Source: an uncultured Pseudomonadota bacterium
GTDB lineage: Bacteria; Pseudomonadota; Gammaproteobacteria; CAJXQU01
Direction: 5' to 3'
Length of the DNA stretch: 64,000 nt
NCBI GenBank assembly: GCA_913058255.1
Contig: CAJXQU010000002.1
Coordinates: forward strand, 169,352-233,351
The notes under the pieces were generated by a model. That model saw only the letters and a program-made list of their open reading frames with translations, was not told the origin of the DNA and did not search any database. Made by a program: the position numbers and the translations under genes. Below, piece by piece: positions 19,003 through 29,619 of the stretch (positions are counted from its first letter, which is position 1; each line of letters starts with the position of its first letter).

Positions 19003-19650
19003 ATGAGTTCATCACAACTAAAACCAATCCCCATACTTTATTCATTTCGTCGTTGCCCTTATGCCATTAGAACACGTATGACTCTACTTTATAGTGGTGT
19101 ACAGGTTGAAATACGTGATTTGATCTTGCGTGACAAGCCTGCATCCATGTTGGCGTATTCAGAAAAAGGAACCGTTCCTGTGCTGGTATTAGAAGATGGA
19201 ACGGTTCTTGATGAAAGTTTGGACATTATTAAGTGGGCTCTGGCTAAAAATGATCCACAAGCATGGCTGGGAGCAAAAATTAGTCTATTGGTCACCGAAA
19301 ATGATCATGCATTTAAACAGCATCTTGATCATTATAAATACGCTGATCGGTTTCCTGAATTTCCAGCAGAAGAATATCGCACACATTGTGAAGCATTCTT
19401 ACGGCAACTGGAGACAAGATTAAACAAATCAGTTTTCCTAGACGGTGCCCAATGTACATTAACAGATATAGCGATATTTCCATTCATCCGACAATTTGCC
19501 TTCGTTGATAAAGACTGGTTTGATCAAACACCTTACCCGAAGTTACAAGCATGGCTTGCAGATTTTTTAGACAATGAGATATTTGTTAGATCAATGAAAA
19601 AATATCAACTTTGGAAAGAGGGAGATCCAATAACACTTTTCCCCGATTAG
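19003..19650 (+). CDS. Glutathione S-transferase
   Basis: YSFRRCPYAIR, GTVPVL and DESLDI. Confidence 0.92.
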   Translation: MSSSQLKPIPILYSFRRCPYAIRTRMTLLYSGVQVEIRDLILRDKPASMLAYSEKGTVPVLVLEDGTVLDESLDIIKWALAKNDPQAWLGAKISLLVTENDHAFKQHLDHYKYADRFPEFPAEEYRTHCEAFLRQLETRLNKSVFLDGAQCTLTDIAIFPFIRQFAFVDKDWFDQTPYPKLQAWLADFLDNEIFVRSMKKYQLWKEGDPITLFPD

Positions 19651-19787
19651 ATAAGTTTAATTTTTACCGATTATCTAACGACTTAAATGGTCTGGTTTAA
19701 ATGATGTGTAACTTACCTCCACTTAAGCTCCTTGTTTCAAGTACTAATCAAGCTCTTTGTAAGTTATTAACCATACAAGAGCTTTAA

Positions 19788-19818
19788 ACCAATAAGGCTA
19801 GAGTTTAGCCTTATCGGT
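19788..19818. terminator. Hairpin between convergent genes
   Basis: Stem accaataaggcta/tagccttatcggt. A second imperfect hairpin lies at ~19750-19784. Confidence 0.5.
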
Positions 19819-19907
19819 ATCTACCATCACCTTTATAAATTTACATTTGGTTATTAAATATAAGCGTCATTGCAGCCACTTAATTAAGAATAAGCGGTTA
19901 GCGATAC

Positions 19908-22145
19908 TTAATAATGAACGTAGTTACGACACTCTTTAGGAAGGTACTTATTAATAATGCCCGACTGACACTTCCATTTTGTTGAACTGTCATCGTTTGG
20001 TGGCGTCATTGTTAAGGTGTTAGTCGCTCCTGTTATAGGTAAATTATTGAACTCAACAATTACTTTACCCATATCTGCAACTACTGTAACAGTGTAATTT
20101 GGCGCTAGTTTATTGAGCTGCAACTGATCAATTTCTACTGCATTGGGATATCGTGAATGTTCGATTTTGAACTGATTCAGCGCTATGGTGACAGTTTTAG
20201 CATCGAATATGGTAGCAGCCATTTCAGCACGTACAGAGTAATCTTGATAAGCAGGGATTGCTATAGCGGAGAGCGTGCCAAGCGCTGCAAAACCCATATA
20301 ACCGCTTTGTGTAAATAGCAGTTCTAATGGATTATGTTCATAGACCAACTCAATCGCTAACTGTGTTTCACTTGACGTGATTTTTACACCTGCGGCACCT
20401 GAACGGGGTAAATTCGCTTCTCTTGGTGAGGGTAGCTCGAAGAGATCAATAGGACGATCAACAACATCCCCTAAGAAACTCAGTAGACCAAGCTGCAAGC
20501 GATAGATAAACTCGGCGCTGCCCTCATTTCGAGCGGTCAACATAAAGAGTGAGCCTTTAGAATCAATTCGCTGTTCTTTCTCTAACCACTGATCAACAGG
20601 TCTTGTTGGTTTCACATGATGACGATCCATCAATATTTGAGGAATATTAGCTGTTATTAGATAGTCACCTTCTTGCTCCCAATATAAATGACTAGGCACT
20701 GAAAGTACCCGTTTCAGTAGGGTTAGCTGTGCTGCATTTTTAGGCTGCCCAAGAAGCTCATCAAACTCTGATGAGTCAAACGATGGTATTTGAAGATGGT
20801 GATAGGTATGACCACTAATAACGCGTTGTTCGTATGATAAATTAAACTCTTTGACAGAGTTCTCCAACATCTGTTTAAAGGCTGTTTTGTTGTTTAAACG
20901 TATTGCGAAATGCAGGCCAGCTTCACCAGAGATCAAACTTACGTCTTGACCAAATAGATCAAAAATATCTTCTATTTCAAAACCTAAGGTCTCAGAAAAC
21001 TTCTTCTTACCGAGGTTATATCCTTCCACCACCTGTGGTGGTGCGCCAAGCATAACGAGCTTCTCAATAGAAATAATATCCGACTTGCTAGGTAAGCCAA
21101 ACACCGCTACAAGATCTGTTTTACCGGCTAAATTAAAAGTAGGTGCAGACTTAATAGTGGGCAGATAGCCACGAAAGCCAAAAACAGGCATATCTATCAC
21201 ACACTTTAAACGGTTGATGCCATTGCTTGTGCCCATTCCAACGGCAATGTTTTTCATTGAACCAACACCCATCATTGCTAATGCTAAAAACTCTTGCTCC
21301 ATCCCCATTGCCTTGCTGAGGTACGAGAACTCTTTAGGATTCACCCATGCAAAAAAGCCTTGGCCACTGTCATCAATGGTTTTTTCAACCGCTAGCATAG
21401 GGTGGGTTTTATTCGCCTCCAGTGTTGCCAACAATTCATTGAGATTATTTGGCTGCAAGCTTAAGCCACCCAAAACAAACAGGCGTGACAAAGATTTGTC
21501 CCAAATAACCTGTGCATCCATTCCCTCAATGGTCACTTCTGCATAGCCCTCTGGGCTCATTGCTTTGGTGACTTCAATCGGTATAGATGTTTCTGATAAT
21601 TGATAAAATAGCGCTTGAATGGACTCCACTGACTCAAAATTCACTCCAACACTGAATAAGATATTCGGTGTAGCAACCGCAGGGTCAGAATTTTTTATAA
21701 CGGCTAACTCTATTGGCGATGTGAACGACGTTGTCATCAAACGTGCGAATGAGTGCAATTCTGGTGGAAGTTCAGGAATAATATTGTTCGTAAACCCATC
21801 TTTTATCGACTTGGTGGCGTCAACAAACGGTTTAGAGCTAGCGGCGGCGTTAAATGCATTATCTTTAGGCGTACCGATAAAACTCCATAGATTAGGCACT
21901 CGTGCATATGCGAAGGAAGACTCTGTCAACCTTTCACGCAAATATGCATCTTTCACCAACGCTTCTCCCTTAGCTTTAATTAAAGGACGTAAATCAGTTG
22001 TCTCAACTATATGAGCTGCAACAGACTCAGCTGTATGTGGTGAGCTTGTATTTTTAGTTGGCGCTTTATCACTCTCACAAGCGGCTGTAAAAATTGTCAA
22101 AGAAGCACATAGCGATAATTTCGCTAATGTTGAATATGAATGCAT
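19908..22145 (-). CDS. Large lipoprotein with C-terminal type IV pilin-like domain
   Basis: Lipobox-like FTAAC. Near residue 620 it has ALGTLSAIAIPAYQDYSVRA, then a C-terminal WKC..YLPKEC disulfide loop. Confidence 0.8.
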   Translation of the reverse strand: MHSYSTLAKLSLCASLTIFTAACESDKAPTKNTSSPHTAESVAAHIVETTDLRPLIKAKGEALVKDAYLRERLTESSFAYARVPNLWSFIGTPKDNAFNAAASSKPFVDATKSIKDGFTNNIIPELPPELHSFARLMTTSFTSPIELAVIKNSDPAVATPNILFSVGVNFESVESIQALFYQLSETSIPIEVTKAMSPEGYAEVTIEGMDAQVIWDKSLSRLFVLGGLSLQPNNLNELLATLEANKTHPMLAVEKTIDDSGQGFFAWVNPKEFSYLSKAMGMEQEFLALAMMGVGSMKNIAVGMGTSNGINRLKCVIDMPVFGFRGYLPTIKSAPTFNLAGKTDLVAVFGLPSKSDIISIEKLVMLGAPPQVVEGYNLGKKKFSETLGFEIEDIFDLFGQDVSLISGEAGLHFAIRLNNKTAFKQMLENSVKEFNLSYEQRVISGHTYHHLQIPSFDSSEFDELLGQPKNAAQLTLLKRVLSVPSHLYWEQEGDYLITANIPQILMDRHHVKPTRPVDQWLEKEQRIDSKGSLFMLTARNEGSAEFIYRLQLGLLSFLGDVVDRPIDLFELPSPREANLPRSGAAGVKITSSETQLAIELVYEHNPLELLFTQSGYMGFAALGTLSAIAIPAYQDYSVRAEMAATIFDAKTVTIALNQFKIEHSRYPNAVEIDQLQLNKLAPNYTVTVVADMGKVIVEFNNLPITGATNTLTMTPPNDDSSTKWKCQSGIINKYLPKECRNYVHY

Positions 22146-22394
22146 ATAAAAAAACCTAAAGAAATTTATTAATGAGTAGTGTCAATGAAAAAACACATGG
22201 ACAGAAGTCTTTGCAAAAAATAGACCAATACATTGAGGTTCCAAAGCGACTCTATATCTTTATTTTGATTTATATTATATATACAGAATATTCAAAGGTC
22301 ATTGGTTCGCATAAACAATGAGAGCCAAGACCTTGCCAGCCATATCAAGTTAGAGAGAAGCTGATCAGAAAAGTCACTTTCCTGATCAATTTAA

Positions 22395-22628
22395 CTAGGA
22401 TCTTAGCCGGGCATCCAGCTGATCAATGACATCTGTCCAGTCGGAATCTTGCTCGAGAGACTCGCGCAAAAAAGTAGCCTGACTTGTCGTCCAAACTCTA
22501 GCTTTATCGATGGAAATCATTCTACTGATGCCTTTGTTATATTCAATAAAGATATCAATAGCTTTTTCAGAGCTGGGTAGCCCGAGTTGTTCGAAAAGAC
22601 CACTTAAGTTGTGATTTGAAAGATCCAT
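22395..22628 (-). CDS. DUF2789 family protein
   Basis: LFEQLGL..WTTSQATFLRE..DSDWTDVIDQL. Confidence 0.85.
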   Translation of the reverse strand: MDLSNHNLSGLFEQLGLPSSEKAIDIFIEYNKGISRMISIDKARVWTTSQATFLRESLEQDSDWTDVIDQLDARLRS

Positions 22629-22894
22629 GACTCACCTCCGCAGGAATAGATCTATATTTTGAATGAACTTATTATTTTAAATCTCCAGTACCTATATTAA
22701 AGATAGTTCGTTTTATCAAGATTTTCAACGAGAACGATTGTTCATAATAGACATTAGCGCTAAAAAAGAAGCTAAGGCAGTACTGTTATTAAGTACATTA
22801 CTGCTAATAGATCTTCTCAGAATATTTAATTAAACTTTTTGCATTTTACAGGGTCTACTAATGTCTATTAATATTTTATCTCAATAAATATATA

Positions 22895-23599
22895 ATGAGC
22901 CAACAACCTTATACTCGCTTGTCTGCAGAAGAAAAATTTGATCTCTGCCTCCAACGTTTTCCTGCTCTACAGAAGATGGAAAACGTTCATTCTGAACAGT
23001 TAAGAAAAAAGATGCAGTTTAAGTCGCTGGATACTGAGCAGATAGCGTACGAGCCTGGTTGGGAATGTGATCATTTTTTTATGTGCCTAACGGGCAAAAC
23101 TCGTGTATTCAAACGTTCCGAGTCTGGTCGAGAGATCTTGCTCTATCACGTTAACAAGGGAGAAACATGCGTTTTAACGACATCTTGTCTAATTACAGGC
23201 CAGTCATTCCCTGCAAACAGTATCGCAGAACAAGAAACACATCTTGCGGCAATACCTGCAAATACGTTTACGGAACTTCTATCCATTTCACCTGATTTTA
23301 GAAGCTTCGTACTGGATAATTATGGCCTGATGCTATCCAGCCTTATCACGCTGGTCGATCAAATTGCATTTGATCGTACCGATCAACGGCTTGCAAAACT
23401 TTTAATAAAATTGAGTGATGAGCAGGGCATTGTTAATTGCACTCATAATGAACTAGCTTTAGATCTTGGCAGTGTTCGAGAAGTAATATCTAGGCAGTTA
23501 CAGGACTGGGAATCTCGAGGTTTTGTGCGAACAAAACGAGGCCGCATTGAAATACTTGAAGCAGAGGACTTAGCACGACACACACAAGGTTCTCCTTAA
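22895..23599 (+). CDS. Crp/Fnr-family transcriptional regulator
   Basis: SGREILLY cNMP-binding-like region and HTH THNELALDLGSVREVISR. Confidence 0.92.
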   Translation: MSQQPYTRLSAEEKFDLCLQRFPALQKMENVHSEQLRKKMQFKSLDTEQIAYEPGWECDHFFMCLTGKTRVFKRSESGREILLYHVNKGETCVLTTSCLITGQSFPANSIAEQETHLAAIPANTFTELLSISPDFRSFVLDNYGLMLSSLITLVDQIAFDRTDQRLAKLLIKLSDEQGIVNCTHNELALDLGSVREVISRQLQDWESRGFVRTKRGRIEILEAEDLARHTQGSP

Positions 23600-23617
23600 G
23601 CTTTAAAGTTTAATATT

Positions 23618-23635
23618 ATGTGACTCAAGTTACAT
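23618..23635. promoter_or_regulatory. CRP-family binding box
   Basis: ATGTGA-CTCAAG-TTACAT, matching TGTGA-N6-TCACA with one mismatch. Confidence 0.65.
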
Positions 23636-23723
23636 ACTCTATGATTTTATAACCGTACTATTGTTAATGTTCCTGTCCTTTTGGCAGGCGTTAAATAAAC
23701 CATATCTCATAGAGGAATGTTCA

Positions 23724-23987
23724 ATGAATTTAAAAACTATCATAAGTACAGCACTAACCGGCACCATTCTCGCTATTTCTCACACAGTTTCTGCTGGTGA
23801 GTATAATGATCAATGTGCGATGGGCCTTGCGCTTGAAAAGCACTTCGAAACAGACTGCTCTATTAACTTAGAAATTAGCGACAAAACGTATTGTTTTGGA
23901 AACAAGGAAGCGAAGTCATTATTTCTTGAAGACACAAAAGGAAATATTGAAAAATCGATAGCTTACTACGAAAATTCAAAATCTTAA
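23724..23987 (+). CDS. Small exported Cys-containing protein (YHS-like)
   Basis: RBS AGAGGA before ATG 23724. Signal peptide, then CAMG..C..KTYCFGNKEAKSLF resembling the YHS Y.F motif. Confidence 0.65.
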   Translation: MNLKTIISTALTGTILAISHTVSAGEYNDQCAMGLALEKHFETDCSINLEISDKTYCFGNKEAKSLFLEDTKGNIEKSIAYYENSKS

Positions 23988-23996
23988 CATGCTTGA

Positions 23997-24030
23997 TGAA
24001 GGAGGCTTGCGAACAGTTTAGCCTCCTTCA
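23997..24030. terminator. Terminator-like hairpin
   Basis: 11-bp stem tgaaggaggct/agcctccttca just after the stop codon. Confidence 0.55.
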
Positions 24031-24424
24031 AAATCAACAGTCTAGAGCTAAGTAAGCTATTCAATTAGATAGTAATTCTTAGTTCTCTTTAAAACAGCTA
24101 ATCGATTGTAAGTAAAGTAATTATCATTTTCTGAGTTTTGATAGCGTTATGAACAGGTTCTTTCTAGTTATTGACTTATTACTGATGAAATGCTTCATGT
24201 TGTAGATCGAGAGTAACGTCTCTATCTACACTTAGATCTCAGATAAGACATATTTAAATATGTATTAGTATTCGTTGCTTTCTATAGGTATCTTGACTAG
24301 GTTAGGTTCGTTTAGTTGGTAGCAGATGAATGATTTTATTCAGAAGAGATATGCGGCCTGTCTATTTCACATATCCATTGTTTCGGTCTAGCCCATCTTC
24401 TAAAGTGGTAATCTGTACAAGTAA

Positions 24425-24688
24425 TCAACCAAACCGTTTTTTAAGATAAGCAACTATATCTGAAGATTCATACATCCATTCAACATCGTTTCCTTTTTCA
24501 ATACGTAAACAAGGAACCTGTGTCATTCCACCTTCGGTAAATAAGGTTTGTCTATGATGGGGATTTTTCATGGTGTCACGGATTTCTATTTCGATACCGA
24601 GCTTTTTAATAGCACTTCTTGTTGTCATACAAAAAGGACAGAAGTTATATTGATAAAGACTTAGATCCGAGGTGTTTTTTTGAGTCAA
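24425..24688 (-). CDS. Glutaredoxin-family protein
   Basis: CPFC and QVPCLRI..WMYESSDI. Confidence 0.9.
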   Translation of the reverse strand: MTQKNTSDLSLYQYNFCPFCMTTRSAIKKLGIEIEIRDTMKNPHHRQTLFTEGGMTQVPCLRIEKGNDVEWMYESSDIVAYLKKRFG

Positions 24689-24692
24689 AATA

Positions 24693-25142
24693 TTACCGTC
24701 TTTTTTTAAAAAATGATTTTAGCATATCAGAGCATTCTTGTTCTAATAAGCCACCGCTAAATTCAATGGTGTGGTTTAATTTATTTGTCCCTACAATTTC
24801 AAAAACACTACCCGCAGCACCACCTTTTGGGTCATACGCGCCGAAGACAATACGTTCAATTCGTGCATGAATAATAGCACCTGCACACATTGCACAAGGT
24901 TCCAGCGATACATACAAGGTCGTGTTTGGAATTCGGTAATTCTGTAAGATTTGCGCAGCACTCCGTATCGCTACAATCTCAGCATGTGCGGTTGGATCGT
25001 GATTGATGATCGGCTGGTTCCAACCTTCACTAACTAATTCGTCATCTTTCACAATGACAGCCCCTACAGGAACCTCACCAAGTAGCTCAGCTTTTTTAGC
25101 TAGTTCAATGCAATGGCGCATCCATTTTTTATCCATAAACAA
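24693..25142 (-). CDS. tadA: tRNA adenosine(34) deaminase
   Basis: GEVPVGAV, HDPTAHAE, EPCAMCAGA and FFKKRR. Confidence 0.95.
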   Translation of the reverse strand: MFMDKKWMRHCIELAKKAELLGEVPVGAVIVKDDELVSEGWNQPIINHDPTAHAEIVAIRSAAQILQNYRIPNTTLYVSLEPCAMCAGAIIHARIERIVFGAYDPKGGAAGSVFEIVGTNKLNHTIEFSGGLLEQECSDMLKSFFKKRR

Positions 25143-25356
25143 ATTAGTTATCTACTAATGAACATTGACACTTAATAGATAATGTTCCTTTTTGTGATTC
25201 TGAGTGATTAAATTATAAAAGAACTTTACTGAGAATATCTCACTTTGTCTTTTCTAAACGACAAATAATTTAAATATTTACCTTATATTTACACCTGAAA
25301 AGTTCAGTATCATCATTAGTATACTGTTTACAATGGGGTAGTTTGGTTGATAAGTT

Positions 25357-25372
25357 TGGCATCACAGTTGCT
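25357..25372 (+). promoter_or_regulatory. sigma54 promoter upstream of the VPLPA-CTERM gene
   Basis: TGGCATCACAGTTGCT (GG-N10-GC). Upstream TGTC-N10-GACA (~25246) and TTTACA are candidate activator sites. Confidence 0.75.
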
Positions 25373-25435
25373 CTGTTCCTAGTTACAGTCTAGACTTAAA
25401 CGCTAGAATTAACTCATCAAAGTAAAGGAAAAGTA

Positions 25436-26338
25436 ATGAAAAAAATAGCAATGTCATGTGTGCCGTTTGCGCTCGCGCTTTGTTCACAAATGGTTTCAGC
25501 CGCTGCAGTAATGGATCGTTGGGGAACTGCTACCAGCACATTTGCATTCGAATGTGCGACACAATACTGTAACGACCTCGACCGCGGAGGTCCACGTGGT
25601 TCTAGAAATGATAACGCCTACCATGAAACAATTTCCTCTTCTAGAGTCACAGATGAAGAAAATTTTAATGCCCGAGCTATCGCTGAGATTGAACATACTG
25701 GGGCCATAGCCTTACCTCATTTGCGAGGAGAGGTTTTGTCAGGGCGGAATCTTTATACAGAAGCTAGTGCTTATGCATTAGAAGGTTTCTCGTACAGTGG
25801 TATCTCACAAACCGTTAACTTAGGGATTGGGCTTGAGGGATCAATACTTGATCCCATGCCTAATAACATTTCTGATGGAACTTCTATAGCTAGTAGTGTG
25901 TATTTATTTACTGATGCGCTAGCGCTTGAAAACACATTAGCTCCAAATCAAGTTCGACTATTTGGAGCTGCTCTATTTGACTTGGCAAGTGCTGAAGAAT
26001 CATTAATCTTAAATAACTCTTCAGAACCTACGAACGGGATTCTTGCAGACACAGCAACAATAAGTTTTGATTTAGAAGATGGCGATACTTTTTATATTTA
26101 TGCAACACATCAAGTCATGTCTTCAGGTCCAGGGATTGATTGTCCCACCTGTCCTGACTTCACGAGTGCATCATCGATGAATAGTTTGAACCTAGATCTT
26201 ACAACTTTGAGTGGCGACCCCGTAACAGGTTTAACAGCAAGCTCAACAGTTGCAGCGGTGCCTTTACCAGCAGCAGTCTGGCTGATGGGCTCTGCCTTAA
26301 TGGGTTTGGTTGGTTTTAGACGAAGGAAAACGTCTTAG
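25436..26338 (+). CDS. VPLPA-CTERM (PEP-CTERM-like) exosortase substrate
   Basis: Signal peptide, Ser/Thr-rich body and C-terminal VPLPAAVWLMGSALMGLVGFRRRK. Confidence 0.92.
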   Translation: MKKIAMSCVPFALALCSQMVSAAAVMDRWGTATSTFAFECATQYCNDLDRGGPRGSRNDNAYHETISSSRVTDEENFNARAIAEIEHTGAIALPHLRGEVLSGRNLYTEASAYALEGFSYSGISQTVNLGIGLEGSILDPMPNNISDGTSIASSVYLFTDALALENTLAPNQVRLFGAALFDLASAEESLILNNSSEPTNGILADTATISFDLEDGDTFYIYATHQVMSSGPGIDCPTCPDFTSASSMNSLNLDLTTLSGDPVTGLTASSTVAAVPLPAAVWLMGSALMGLVGFRRRKTS

Positions 26339-26352
26339 GCTTTAGGGTCATA

Positions 26353-26385
26353 ATACCGCAGCATCGTAATTAGATGCTGCGGTAT
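26353..26385. terminator. Bidirectional terminator hairpin
   Basis: 13-bp perfect stem ataccgcagcatc/gatgctgcggtat between convergent genes. Confidence 0.7.
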
Positions 26386-26410
26386 GAATTACTGTTGCTT
26401 CTTGTGAAAC

Positions 26411-27982
26411 TCACTCCCACTCAATCGTTGCAGGTGGTTTACCTGATATATCGTAAACCACGCGAGATACATTTGGGATCTCATTAATGATCCGTCGTGA
26501 GAGCAGATCAAGAATATCATAAGGCAGATGCGCCCATCGGGCAGTCATAAAATCAATAGTTTCAACGGCTCTTAATGCAATCACGTAGCTGTAGTTTCGA
26601 CTGTCTCCAGTGACTCCGACAGATTTCACTGGTAGGAATACAGCGAAGGCTTGGCTGACCTTTTCGTACAAATCATTGTTATAAAGCTCTTCCATAAAGA
26701 TCGCATCAGCAAGACGTAGAATATCAGCATATTCTTTTTTCACTTCGCCCAAAATACGGACGCCGAGGCCTGGGCCAGGGAATGGGTGTCGATAGATCAT
26801 TTCGCTCGGTAAACCAAGTCCAACGCCCATTTTGCGCACTTCATCTTTAAATAGTTCGCGAAGTGGTTCGATCAGTTCTAATTCCATATCATCCGGTAAA
26901 CCACCAACATTATGATGTGATTTGATCACATGGGCTTTACCATTTTTTGTTCCTGCAGATTCGATCACATCAGGATAGATTGTGCCTTGCGCTAACCAAT
27001 TTACATCGGTTAACTTACGCGCTTCCTCTTCAAAAATTTCGATGAAAATATTACCGATAATCTTACGTTTCTTTTCTGGATCAGCTTCGTCTTTGAGACC
27101 ATTTAAAAAACGGTCTTCAGCATCAACTCGAATGACTTTTACGCCCATGTGTTCTGCAAAGGTGGTCATGACTTGATCGCCTTCATTTAGGCGAAGCAGA
27201 CCATTATCAACAAATACGCAAGTTAGCTGATCGCCGATAGCACGATGGAGCAGGGCAGCCACCACAGAAGAATCAACACCGCCTGATAGACCTAATAATA
27301 CTTTGTCATTCCCCACTTGCTGACGAACCGTTTCAATACTATCTTCGATAATATTCTCGGTTGTCCAGCCGGATTCACAACCGCAGATTTCATGTAAGAA
27401 ACGATTCAGAATGCGCATACCTTGGCGAGTGTGTGTGACTTCTGGATGAAATTGTAATGCGTAAAAATGACGCTCTTCATCGGCCATTCCTGCGATAGGT
27501 GCGCTGTCTGTTGAAGCTATGACTTTAAAACCTGCAGGTAAGGTTTTAACACGATCACCATGGCTCATCCAGACATCGAGCATTCCCCAGCCTTCGGGTG
27601 TGCTGTGATCTTCAATTTCTTTTAATAGATTAGAGTGACCACGCGCCCGAACTTGGGCATAACCAAACTCTCGGTGATCAGATTTTTCGACTTCACCACC
27701 TAATTGTGCCGCCATGGTTTGCATGCCATAGCAGATACCTAGTACTGGAACACCAGCTTCAAATACAGCCTGAGGTGCACTGATCTCCGAGTCTGTTACC
27801 GACTCAGGACCACCCGAGAGAATAATGCCTTTCGGTGCTAGTTTACGGATCGCTTCGGCCGATAAATCATAAGGGTGTAGCTCACAATAAACTCCAGCTT
27901 CACGTACGCGGCGGGCAATCAATTGTGTGTATTGTGAACCGAAATCCAGAACTAAGATTCGATCAGCATGTATATCAGTCAT
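26411..27982 (-). CDS. guaA: GMP synthase (glutamine-hydrolysing)
   Basis: LDFGSQY, GICYG, SGGVDS and KPPATIEWE. Confidence 0.98.
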   Translation of the reverse strand: MTDIHADRILVLDFGSQYTQLIARRVREAGVYCELHPYDLSAEAIRKLAPKGIILSGGPESVTDSEISAPQAVFEAGVPVLGICYGMQTMAAQLGGEVEKSDHREFGYAQVRARGHSNLLKEIEDHSTPEGWGMLDVWMSHGDRVKTLPAGFKVIASTDSAPIAGMADEERHFYALQFHPEVTHTRQGMRILNRFLHEICGCESGWTTENIIEDSIETVRQQVGNDKVLLGLSGGVDSSVVAALLHRAIGDQLTCVFVDNGLLRLNEGDQVMTTFAEHMGVKVIRVDAEDRFLNGLKDEADPEKKRKIIGNIFIEIFEEEARKLTDVNWLAQGTIYPDVIESAGTKNGKAHVIKSHHNVGGLPDDMELELIEPLRELFKDEVRKMGVGLGLPSEMIYRHPFPGPGLGVRILGEVKKEYADILRLADAIFMEELYNNDLYEKVSQAFAVFLPVKSVGVTGDSRNYSYVIALRAVETIDFMTARWAHLPYDILDLLSRRIINEIPNVSRVVYDISGKPPATIEWE

Positions 27983-28038
27983 TCTTTTTGGCTCTATAGA
28001 TTGTAGATTTTACTTGATCGTACAAAAACTAACGGCGG

Positions 28039-29505
28039 CTAGCTCTGACGATAGTTGGGTGGTTCTTTGGTAATCGTCACATCGTGTACGTGACTTTCAC
28101 GCATACCTGCGGGTGAAACACGAATAAACTCTGGCTTAGTACGCATTTCGTTTAGGTTTGAACAGCCGGTATACCCCATTGAGGCACGAATACCGCCGAT
28201 CAATTGGTGAACGATGGCGGAAAGCGCTCCTTTATAAGGTACGCGACCTTCGATACCTTCAGGGACAAGCTTTTCAATCTCATCATTTTCTTGGAAATAG
28301 CGATCAGACGAACCGTGTGTTTGTGACATAGCGCCCAAAGAACCCATTCCTCGGTAAGATTTATACGAGCGACCTTGATAAAGTTCGATCTCGCCCGGTG
28401 CTTCCTCAGTACCGGCGAATAAGCCACCGACCATAATACTATGTGCACCAGCAACTAATGCTTTAGAAATATCTCCGGAGAAACGGATACCGCCATCAGC
28501 AATCATTGGAACGCCTGTTCCTTCTAACGCTTCGACAACATTATTAATCGCTGTGATTTGTGGAACACCAATACCGGTAACGATTCTGGTCGTACAAATT
28601 GACCCGGGGCCAATACCGACCTTAACGGCATCTGCTCCAGCATCAACGAGTGCTGTTGCTGCAGCGCCTGTAGCGATATTTCCACCGATGATTTGTACAT
28701 CATTTGCATGGTTTTTACTCGTCCAAGCAACCATGTCCAACACGCCTTGCGAATGACCATGTGCGGTGTCGACAACAATCACGTCAACGCCGGCTTCGAT
28801 CAAGGCTTCGATACGTTCATGCGTGCCTTCACCTGTACCAACAGCTGCACCTACACGTAGACTTTCTGTGCTGTCTTTGCAGGCATGAGGATAGCGATCG
28901 GATTTGCGAATATCTTTTACGGTGATCAAACCACGTAGTTGGAAGTTGTCGTTTACGACGAGCACTTTTTCAATGCGGTGCTGATGCAACTTTTCTATTG
29001 CTTCTTCTTGGCTTGCGCCTTCTTTGACGGTAACGAGTCGATCTTTAACAGTCATGATGCTGGCAACAGGCTTATCTAAATCATTTTCGAAACGTAGATC
29101 ACGACTTGTCACAATACCAACCAGATCTTCGCCATCCACCACTGGCATACCTGAAATATGATAGCGTCTTGTCAGATCAAGAACTTCACGGATACTGGTG
29201 TTGGCTGTTACAGTAACCGGATCTTGTACAATGCCACTTTCGTATTTCTTAACCTTACGAACTTGAGCCGCTTGTTCTAAGGTGCTGAGATTTTTATGGA
29301 TAATTCCAATACCGCCTTGCTGAGCTAATGAAATCGCTAAACGTGACTCTGTAACGGTATCCATCGCTGCTGAGATAATCGGAATATTTAACGTGATGTC
29401 ACGAGTGAGCTGCGTTTCCAAACTCGCTTCGCGAGGCAAAATGTTTGAATAAGCTGGGACCAGCAAAACATCGTCAAAAGTAAGTGCTTCACCATTAATA
29501 CGCAT
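28039..29505 (-). CDS. guaB: IMP dehydrogenase
   Basis: [11 protein letters not shown] pair, [10 protein letters not shown] and YRGMGS. Confidence 0.98.
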   Translation of the reverse strand: MRINGEALTFDDVLLVPAYSNILPREASLETQLTRDITLNIPIISAAMDTVTESRLAISLAQQGGIGIIHKNLSTLEQAAQVRKVKKYESGIVQDPVTVTANTSIREVLDLTRRYHISGMPVVDGEDLVGIVTSRDLRFENDLDKPVASIMTVKDRLVTVKEGASQEEAIEKLHQHRIEKVLVVNDNFQLRGLITVKDIRKSDRYPHACKDSTESLRVGAAVGTGEGTHERIEALIEAGVDVIVVDTAHGHSQGVLDMVAWTSKNHANDVQIIGGNIATGAAATALVDAGADAVKVGIGPGSICTTRIVTGIGVPQITAINNVVEALEGTGVPMIADGGIRFSGDISKALVAGAHSIMVGGLFAGTEEAPGEIELYQGRSYKSYRGMGSLGAMSQTHGSSDRYFQENDEIEKLVPEGIEGRVPYKGALSAIVHQLIGGIRASMGYTGCSNLNEMRTKPEFIRVSPAGMRESHVHDVTITKEPPNYRQS

Positions 29506-29619
29506 AAATCAGATCTTCCTACAGTTAAACTCTAGTCTCAACTGCAATTTAGGGATGAAAAGCGACTTATTATAACGTGTTTTGTTGTTGTTCTTCCAGA
29601 GAGATATTAAGATCATTCT

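Noticed and set aside
24030-24424. AT-rich intergenic gaps here and at 35425-35865 and 36613-36910, checked for CRISPR arrays, tRNAs and repeats
   Set aside because: No regularly spaced repeats, cloverleaf or convincing ORF seen by eye.
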